DNA from: Octopus sinensis | Lineage: Eukaryota | Reading direction: 5' to 3' | Length of the DNA stretch: 64,000 bases | Assembly (NCBI RefSeq): GCF_006345805.1 | Contig: NC_043009.1 | Location: 28,520,001 to 28,584,000, forward strand | In this document: in pieces, positions 54,670-64,000 of the stretch | Layout of the letters: each line of letters starts with the position of its first letter | Position numbering within the stretch: the first letter of the stretch is position 1 | Program-made: the position numbers and the translations under genes | Notes under the pieces: model-generated | The model's database searches: none | What the model was told of the DNA's origin: nothing | Seen by the model: only the letters and a program-made list of their open reading frames with translations

Positions 54670-54815
54670 GAACGAACTATTGAGTTTGGTTTAATGGCCT
54701 ACCAATGTATACTATGAGTTTCTTTGCCCTAGGAGTCGGGAAGACACTCGGCAAGAAATGGAAGCAAATTTGAAAGAAGAAAAAAAAAAGTAATAATAAT
54801 AATAATAATAATATT
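54670..54815 (+). mobile_element. Diverged 3' UTR end of a related R4/Dong-like element
   Basis: TTTAATGGCCTACCAATGTATA...TTTGCCCTAGGAGTCGGGAAG...CAAGAAATGGAA resembles the 3' ends of the two copies above and is followed by (TAA)n. Confidence 0.6.
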
Positions 54816-55880
54816 AATAACCCAATATCTGGCTGGTATGTATTTCATAGCAAAAAAAATTCACTGCAGCAAGATTTGAACACTTAATGCGAAAGAACCA
54901 CAACAGTTCCTGCAAACAATTTGTCCAATATTCCAATAGTTCTGTGAATCTACAGCTTTGGCAGATAATTAGTGAAATTAAGTCGAGAATTTCTGTGGCA
55001 GATTCATTGACAGTTTGGAAGTAGGGTAGTGGAGGGTGGTAGCAGATAGGGGTTGATTCTGAACCCACCGTCACTAGTACTGCTGCTAACGCTGGTGGTG
55101 GTGGTGGTGGTGGCGATGCTGGTGGTGGTGGTGGTGGTGATGCTGGTGGCGGCAGTGGTAGTGGTAGTGGTGGTGGTGCTGCTGTTGCTGCTGCAGTTGG
55201 GTTTATGTAAAAGCAGCATGTTTTTATCCAGTCACTTTTGATCTTAAGTGGAAATGAACTCTAAACTAAATATGGTATCGTTTACCAGGCATATGTATAT
55301 ATGTATATATATATATAATATACATATTTATATATATGCACACATACATGTATGTGTGTATACATACATATATATATATATATATACATAAATACATACA
55401 TACACATAAATATATATGCACACACACATGCATATATATGTATATATATACATATATATATATACATCTTTATCTATATATACATGTGTATATGTATATG
55501 GGTGTGTGCATGTAAAAATATATTTATATATATATATACACATAAAAAACATATATATATATTATATATATATTATATACATAAATACCCATAGACATAT
55601 ATATATATATTATAATATATATAAATATTATATATATATATATATACATACATAGGTGCATATACGAATATATAGATATCTATATATATATAATGGAAAC
55701 ATACATACACGTGCACACTTGAACACACATGCACACACATACATGCATGCACACATGTATATACATAAATTAGGAACGTTTTTAGATGAAGGAATTTATA
55801 TGCTTAGAAGAATATGAGGAAGATATGTGAAATTGCTAAATTGTAAATTCAGTGTCAAAAATACATATTGAATACTTACT

Positions 55881-55916
55881 AGATGCATATCTGCAATATG
55901 CTGCAGATATGCATCT
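55881..55916. other. Perfect 15-bp hairpin
   Basis: AGATGCATATCTGCA-ATATGC-TGCAGATATGCATCT. Confidence 0.9.
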
Positions 55917-56899
55917 CGTTGCAGTGCATTTAAAAAGGAAAATTAGCACCACACATCATAGCGCATATATATTGATATATATTAAAGCTTATGAAGTCCG
56001 AACACTGAAAGATGAATATCATAAGTAAGATTAGCAATTTAACTTGGCTGATCTGTTATCGCACGCAGTGTGTACATGGGTGCATAAGTGTGTGTGCATG
56101 TATGCATGTGTGTGTGTGTGTGTGCTCGAGTGTGTTTGTTTATTGTTGTGTAAGTCTGTAAAGTGTGAGTCAGTGATGGACTTTATAAAGTCATTGATCT
56201 ACAAATGACTATTCTTTAGCATATATATATATATATATTATATATATATATATACATATATATATACATATATATATATGCACACATACATGCATACATG
56301 CCTGTGTGCATGTTCAATAGATGCTAGTATGGAAGGCAGACATTATGATATGTGTAGATATAATCATCTTCATCGTCATCATCATTTAAACATCTATTTT
56401 CACAAGCTTGCCTATATATGCATGCAAGTACATATCATCATCATCATCATCATCATCTTCTTTTAACGTCCGTTTTCCATGTTAGCATGGCTTGGATGGT
56501 TCGACCAGGGTCTGGGAAGCCAAGAGGCGGCACCAGCCTCCAGTCTGATCTGGCAGTGTTTCTACAGCTGGATGCCCTTCCTAACGCCAACCACTCCGTG
56601 AGTGTAGTGGGTGCTTTTTATGTGCCACCGGCACAGGTGCCAAGGGAGGCTGGCAGTTGCCATAATCAGTTGGTGCAAACAGATCTTCTTATCCCTTAGA
56701 CGGTTATTCCAACCACTAATTCTACTAACCTATGTATGTACATACATAAATACATACATATGATATATATATGTATGTATGCATCTATCACTCTATCTAT
56801 CAATATATCTATCTGTCTATCTTTCTAGGTATGTGTATGCATATATACACACGTACACACACACAAACATATACACACACTTACGCACATATATATATG

Positions 56900-57279
56900 T
56901 TGAGTCTGATGATGGCGTAACTGGCTGAAACTTCACAGTCACAGTCATTAATATTCTTGTTTAAGAATAAGTTGTATGTTATTTGTATTTGTGTACGATT
57001 TCTTTGTTTTTTCCATCCTTGTTTTTGCATACATTCACTGCTATTTTCAAAAGGATCTAGTGCTCTTAGCTTAGTTTTTCCTTGGAGCTGGCCAGATTGG
57101 GACAATTTCGAGTATAACCAGCCAAAATTGCAAAGATAATCTGGAACTCGACTGAGGAAAGAAAACTCCAAATGACCCGTCCTTGTTTTCTTTGTATCAT
57201 CTATCTGGATGTTCTCTTGTCCCTTTTTTGTATCACCTAACTGCCTGGATGTTTTGCGTTTTTGTCTCATTTCTGTATT

Positions 57280-57285
<6 letters not shown>
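56900..57285 (+). mobile_element. Short repeat beginning with a decayed hammerhead-like motif; related copy at 61330-61600
   Basis: CTGATGA-T-GGC-GTAACTG-GCT-GAAAC at 56906-56931. The body TAGCTTAGTTTTTCC(T/A)TGG(A/G)GCTGGCCAGAT is shared with ~61432-61460. Confidence 0.55.
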
Positions 57286-57365
<80 letters not shown>

Positions 57366-57834
57366 AATATATTATCACCATCATCATCATTTAACGTCTG
57401 CTTTCCATGCTAGCATGGGTTGGACGGTTTGACTGAGGACTGGTGAAGCAGATGGCTGTACCAGGCTCCAATCTTGATCTGGCAGAGTTTCTACAGCTGG
57501 ATGCCCTTCCTAACGGTCACGCTCAAATGGTGTTCTTTTACATGCCACCTGCACAGGAGGCAATCCAGTGGCATTGGCAACGACCTCGCTTGAATGTTTT
57601 TTCACGTGCCAGTAAGGCGACGCAGTAACGATCATGCTTGAATGGTGCTTTTTACGTGCCACTGGCATATACACATGTATATATATAAATATATATATAT
57701 GAATAAAAGAATAACACTGTCAAATAAAGGAATAAGTCAAGAGAGGAGTTTTCACATTTGTGTGCTACTCTGGTGTGTATGTATGCACGTATATATGTGT
57801 GTGCATTATTTATATTTATGTGCATTTATGTATG

Positions 57835-57877
<43 letters not shown>

Positions 57878-57926
57878 TATATATATTATGTCTATATTTG
57901 TGTGTGGTGGTATATATATGTATGTA

Positions 57927-57968
<42 letters not shown>

Positions 57969-58114
57969 ATATGTATATTATATATATGACTACATATATA
58001 TATATATATATTATATATATATATATATGTATATATAGATGAATACATATATATATATATATATATAGGAATATATATATATATATATATATGTGTATAT
58101 ATGTATATGTATGC

Positions 58115-58154
<40 letters not shown>

Positions 58155-59105
58155 ATAGAGATGCAAGTATTGAGAAAGAGATAGTTGAGTGAATATGTAG
58201 ATAGAGAATAATGGGATAGAAAGATGGCATGAGAAGATAGAGGAGGAGTTTGATAGCAAAACCGTGAAGATAAGCAAATGAGATTATTGTGATGAATCTA
58301 TTTTCACCATCATTTTAGAAGAAAGTCTGTGATATATTATGGTATTGAAGAATTTGGTGCCAGAGTGACATTCCATCAGCATCTAAATATATGGAAATGC
58401 AATGAGTGTTAGTGATGTGTGAGTCAGTTGCTGTTTCACTTGCATTATCACTTTGTTCAATAAACATATATAAAAAAAGGGGTAAAGACCCCCTTTGGTT
58501 ATGAAGGACCTTGGGTTTGCACTTTGGAAGTCCCCCTCTAAAGGACAAGTCCAAAGAAGGCTGCTTTATTGGAGACCAGCAGTTACCCATGCATACAAGT
58601 CTTCCCTCATCCATGCCACTGATGTTATCCCAGAGAAAGGCAAAGGGGCCGATACAGCATGGCACCAGGTATACTGCAACTTATTTCTAGAGCTGAAAGA
58701 ACTGGAGCAACGGGAAACGAAGTGTCTTGCTCAAGAACACAACAGACAGGCTGGTGCAGGAAATGAACTCACTACCTCATGATTGTGAGCCCACGCTCTC
58801 ACCACTGAGCCATGCACCATCGCGAAATAAACCTACAAGTGACTGAGTATTCCAAGGTATGTGTTCCTTTAAGAGATTGTTATGTTGATTCAGCATGATG
58901 GAGTATGTGGCAAGACTCAGTGTGTTCGGGTTTTTCAAGTAAAATTCTGGCCATTTGAAAAGATTCCTCATAGTTTCCCTATCTGACTAATTCCATTTGC
59001 TTCATCATCATCAACTTCCTCCATCTCTTCATCATCATAACTAGCACCATCATCATCATCAACGTAATCGTTATTCTCTGCATCGTCATTGTCATCATCG
59101 TCAAT

Positions 59106-59136
<31 letters not shown>

Positions 59137-59245
59137 CCATCATCATCTTCAACATCACCATCATCATCATCATCATCATTATCATTATCATCATCATCAT
59201 CATCAACATCATCATCACTATCACCATCATCATCTTCAACATCAC

Positions 59246-59280
<35 letters not shown>

Positions 59281-59517
59281 ACAACAACATTGTTTTAATC
59301 CTGCATTTTTCCTAGAAATATTTATTTCTAATTTGTAAATATGAATAATATATATATATATATATATTAGAGTATTTGCAGGCATACTGATCAATGTTCC
59401 CATTTGGATTAATTAATCCTCTTATATCTTGTATGCATGGATATGTGTTGTGTGTGTGTGTGTGTGTGTGTACAAATACACATTTATATAGATATATAGA
59501 TTTTGTATATACACATA

Positions 59518-59559
<42 letters not shown>

Positions 59560-59626
59560 TGTATATACAAATGTATATCTATTTATGTTTATACATGTCT
59601 GTCTCTCTTTCTCTCTCTCTCTCTCA

Positions 59627-59697
<71 letters not shown>

Positions 59698-60579
59698 AGC
59701 ACGCATTTATATTTGCATATTTACGCATATGCATCTATATATTCACATATGTATATATATACACACATGACACAACACACACACATTGATGTATATGTAT
59801 GAATTAATAAATAAGTACGTTTACATCTTTTGGATAATAATGCATCCATTTAAGCAATTTCGAATATAAACCCTATTGAGATTGCAAATGTGCGGCTGTT
59901 GCTGCTGTTGGTGCTGCTGCTGTTGCTGCTGTTGCTGCAGTGGGGGGAGGGGTCGGTGGTGAGGATGTTGAATTAATTGAAGCCTCATTACTGGTCATGT
60001 TTGATTGATATCTCTGAGCAAGAAATGTAAATGTGCAAACTGCTATCAGCTCACACCCACTCCCTTTGCTCCCCATCCTCTTCCTTCACCTCCCCTCCCT
60101 ACCCCATGCACTTCTACCCCCCTCCCCTCAAAAGCGCACCGTCGAGCGATTATCCAAATAAACTGTGGCTATAAAAGTTAGAAGATTCATTTGCTAATAT
60201 CTAAATTTCTATACTCTGTCTTGTAGCACAGTGATGATGATGATGATGATGATATGATGATGATGATGATGATGATGATATGATGATGATGAAAATGATG
60301 AAGGCAATGGTGATGATGTTTGTGGTAGGGGTGGTGGTGATGATGGTGATGGTGGTCGTAGCGATGATGATGATGACAGCGATGATGACGACGATGATGG
60401 TGTTGGAAGTGATGGTTGTATTGGTGCAGTGATGACGATGATTATAACAATGATGATGTTGACAATGACAGTGATGATGAAAACGATGGCCACGATGACA
60501 ATATTTATGAATATGATGATTATAATGGTTATGACAATGACGAGGATGGCAACAACTATGACGACGACGTCATAGGATT

Positions 60580-60870
60580 GCGGTTTCAATTCCCAGACCG
60601 GGTGTTGTGAGTGTTTATTGAGGGAAGAAATGCTTAAAGCTCCACGAGGCTCTGGCAGGGGCTGGTGGTGACCCCTGCTGTACTCTTCCACCACAACTTT
60701 CTTGCATTCTTCTTTCCTGTTTCTGTTGTACCTGTATTTCAAAGGGCCAGCCTTGTCACAGTCTGTGTCATCTGAATCTCCCTGAGAATTACGTTAAGGG
60801 TACATGTGTCTGTAGAGTGCTCAGCCACTTGCACGTTAATAAATGAGTTGCAACGTCACTGGTGCCAAGT
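60580..60870 (+). mobile_element. SINE family E copy
   Basis: GGTTTCAATTCCCAGACCGGGTGTTGTGAGTGTTTATTGAG...CTCCACGAGGCTC matches the minus strand of 20558-20868. Confidence 0.8.
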
Positions 60871-61060
60871 TGTATCTATTTTCTTACTTTGTACTTCACT
60901 GTACCGGCTTTCTCTTCTCACCTCCTTGATTCTTCGGTTTCCTCTCTCCCCCCTCTCTCACATTTCTTTGCTTTTCTTAATTTGCACTTCACTGTCCATG
61001 TCTTTCTTTTTTCTTGCCAATCCTTGGCACACTCTCTTTCTTCTCCACCTCCTTAGTTCC

Positions 61061-61175
61061 TTGTTCCTCTTTTTCTCTCTCTTCTTCCCCTCCTTAATAC
61101 ATTTGTTCCTCTTTTTCTCTCTCTTCTTCCTCTCTTTAATTACTTTGCCCCTCTTTTTCTCTCTCTTCTTTCTCA
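61061..61175. repeat. ~42-bp pyrimidine-rich tandem repeat x3
   Basis: TTGTTCCTCTTTTTCTCTCTCTTCTTCC... repeated. Confidence 0.8.
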
Positions 61176-62519
61176 TGTGACTGCTGGCCAACCATAGCCC
61201 TTTCACTTCGGACTAGTGCCACGATAACACCGCTATCTTCGTCCACCGTAAGGCATTATTTTTCATACACACCAGCTGAGTTCAATTTGTCTAAGTCGAA
61301 AGACGCCTGTTGTTATGTCCTTTTATTATTATTATTATTGTTTGTTTGTATTTATATTCGTGTAACATCGTCCGTTTTTCTGTCCTTGTTTCTTATATTT
61401 TCGATCCTTTTTCCAAGAAATCTAATGCTCATAGCTTAGTTTTTCCATGGGGCTGGCCAGATCGGAGAAATCTCAAGATTAATCACCCGAAATTGCGAGG
61501 ATGATCTGGTTCTTGACTGAAGATTAGGGGCTTCGAATGACCTGTCCGTTTTTGTATCGTCTATTTGAATGTTTTGCGTTCTTGTCTCATTGTGTATTTT
61601 TATATATATTTTTTATACATTTATTGAAATATATATATATACACACACGCACACACACATACATATAAATTATAGAAATATATATTTATTTATGTACATA
61701 TGTATATGTATACACACACACATACACACACATATATATGTGTGTTTGTATGTATGTGTGTATGTGTGTATGTGGTGTGTGTATGTGTGTGTGTGTACAT
61801 TTCATGTATGTGTGACTGCAGTGCAACATGAGAAGTTTATACAGAATAAAATAAGAACACCTTTAAAAATATTTGGCAGATATTTACATTATTCTCCTGA
61901 AAGAAATAATCAAGTAAGTCGTTAATTAAAGAAAGCAAGGAAAATTTAAATAAAGCACATATAAAGAAGCAAACGAAACTCAATACTTACCGAAGCAACA
62001 CTCATAGTTCTGATATATTCTAACAAGACAGCAGTTACAGCAACAACAATAACAACAACAACAACAACAACCAACAACAACAACAACAGCAGCAGCAGCA
62101 GCAGCAACACCACTGCTAGCAATAGCAGAAACAACAACAAATTACTTGAAATTTGATTAGCAGAAATTTTCAGTTAATACAAAATATTTGCCAGGTAACC
62201 TATCTTTAATTTTGCCCCAACCCACACCATATAATAAAACATAAAAATAAATAAGTTAAAAATATATAACATATATATACACACACACACATATATATAC
62301 ATATATATATAAATATATAAAGATACATATACATACATACATATATATAAATATATAAAGATATATATATATATATATATGTGTGTATGTATGTATGTAT
62401 GTTATATGTATGTATATATATATTTATATATATTTATATATATATTTATATATCAGACATAGAAATGAATAATGTAAAAATACATGCAAAATATATTCTA
62501 AATAAGACAAAATATTCAA

Positions 62520-62560
<41 letters not shown>

Positions 62561-63280
62561 CATAGAATAAATTTAAAATATTTATAAATAAAGTATCATA
62601 AATAACATGGAAATAAATTAAGAATATATTTATATATAAATAACATAAAAATAAATAATTTAGAAATATATAAAATATATATATATATAAATAACACATA
62701 AAATAAAGAATTTAGAAAGCTATAAAGAAAAAATATATAATTAAAACATAAAAACAAATATATAAACATGAAATAAAAACATAAAACTAAGATAAATAAT
62801 TTTTGGTAATATAATAAGTTTTTGGCAGCTTCTGATGAAGAAATATGTGAAAGGGAATTACGGATGAAATGACAAACAAAATGTAAAATAATAAGAAATA
62901 TTGCATAATTGAGAATTACTGGTCTATTTAAGAGATATATTTTACATATTAACATTGAAATGATGAGCAAACTTTTCTTTTGAAAGAGGATGCTCTTTTT
63001 TGCGGTTAATGATGACATTTTGGAAAAGAAGAATTATTGCAAGAATGAAAAATAAGACATTGGAAGAAAGTTTGGAGTTTGGAGTTTGTACTGCAGTCAA
63101 AACACATGCATGCACATATATATGCACATATATGCACATGCAAGTGGAAATAAGGATAAGAATGATGACGATGATGATGATGATGAACATAATAATAATA
63201 ACAATAATAATAAAAGAAATATGCAATTATTTTAGTCTGGAAACATAAGTATAACTGAGATTTGAAATAATAATAATAAT

Positions 63281-63348
<68 letters not shown>

Positions 63349-63456
63349 TAATAATAATAATAATAAAAATAATAATAATCATAATAACGATAATAACGAT
63401 AATAATAATGATGATAATAATAATAATAATGATAATGATAATAATGATAATAATAA

Positions 63457-63552
63457 TGTGTCTCTGCTGTGCCACATCTGCAAGACAGTGGATGAAACCA
63501 TTGCCCATATTATGAATGAATGCCCTAGACTTGGCCAAAACCACTACAAGTT
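63457..63552 (+). mobile_element. CCHC zinc-knuckle fragment of an R4/Dong-like retroelement, next to (TAA)n
   Basis: LLCHICKTVDETIAHIMNECPRLGQNHYK matches CxxC-x7-H-x4-C and the C..C....ETI.HI...C..LAQ..YK pattern that precedes REL domains. Confidence 0.8.
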
Positions 63553-63557
63553 AGGTA

Positions 63558-63870
63558 TTCCCAAAGGAATAACAAAGATGTATATCAGAATGATGGACAA
63601 CTTATTGAAGAAAAGGTATACACAACATCTGGTGTCATTCAGAGCAAATTAAAAAAATACATGCAACATCTCTGTTAAATATGATATTGACATTGAAAGA
63701 AGGTAGAATAAGCAACTCCCAGGTATAATGGAAAATTATTGCTAAAGCCAAAAAGTACAAAAGACAGGACACCAAATGTGAACTTTGTATTGCTGAAAAA
63801 TTAAACATTATATAATCAACAGATAACATCCTAAACATCAGGGATAAAAACCTCTCCCTGTATACACAAG
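63558..63870 (+). mobile_element. Decayed Penelope-like element GIY-YIG endonuclease fragment
   Basis: KMYIRMMDNLLKKRYTQHLVSFR, then (frameshifted) HATSLLNMILTLKEG...WKIIAKAKKY...KCELCIAEKLNII...ILNIRD. This matches PLE endonuclease motifs YIG.T, K.R..QH, W.I, C.LC..EK and LN.R. Confidence 0.82.
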
Positions 63871-64000
63871 CAATATTTTGTACTCAGCTATTTCAAAGAA
63901 GAGCCATGATCTGCAATGGTAACCCCACCAGGATAGCCTCTTTCCTAAACACGAACACACATAGCACACAAACTCCACACACAGAAGAAATATGCCCCAA

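Noticed and set aside
62832-62875. CTGATGA...GAAA hammerhead candidate
   Set aside because: No stem II or stem I pairing.
173-63544. Numerous ORFs rich in YI, CV, HT, polyM/D/I/H/S/V
   Set aside because: They are translations of di-, tri- and tetranucleotide repeats with no domain content.

Overview
This is AT-rich eukaryotic genomic DNA, intronic or intergenic, dominated by microsatellites ((TA)n, (CA)n, (TATG)n, (CAT)n, (TAA)n) and interspersed repeats. The repeat landscape is what I associate with octopod cephalopods (inference, no database check). No complete host gene can be supported, and nearly all ORFs in the supplied track are simple-repeat translations. Supported content: (1) at least four families of SINE-like retroposons in dozens of copies; (2) a frameshifted CR1/L2-type reverse transcriptase fragment at ~19.4-20.25 kb; (3) R4/Dong-type restriction-like-endonuclease retroelement fragments, each attached to a (TAA)n tract, plus a ~550-bp non-coding element in the same tracts; (4) a Penelope-type GIY-YIG fragment at ~63.6-63.9 kb; (5) mariner relics and hAT-, piggyBac- and foldback-type MITEs. 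The most notable observation is a set of six minimal type I hammerhead-ribozyme motifs in short, ORF-less, microsatellite-anchored elements. One is fully intact (8356-8410). Two copies of another family share a non-canonical CUGUNGA core. A few candidate exons are reported at low confidence.
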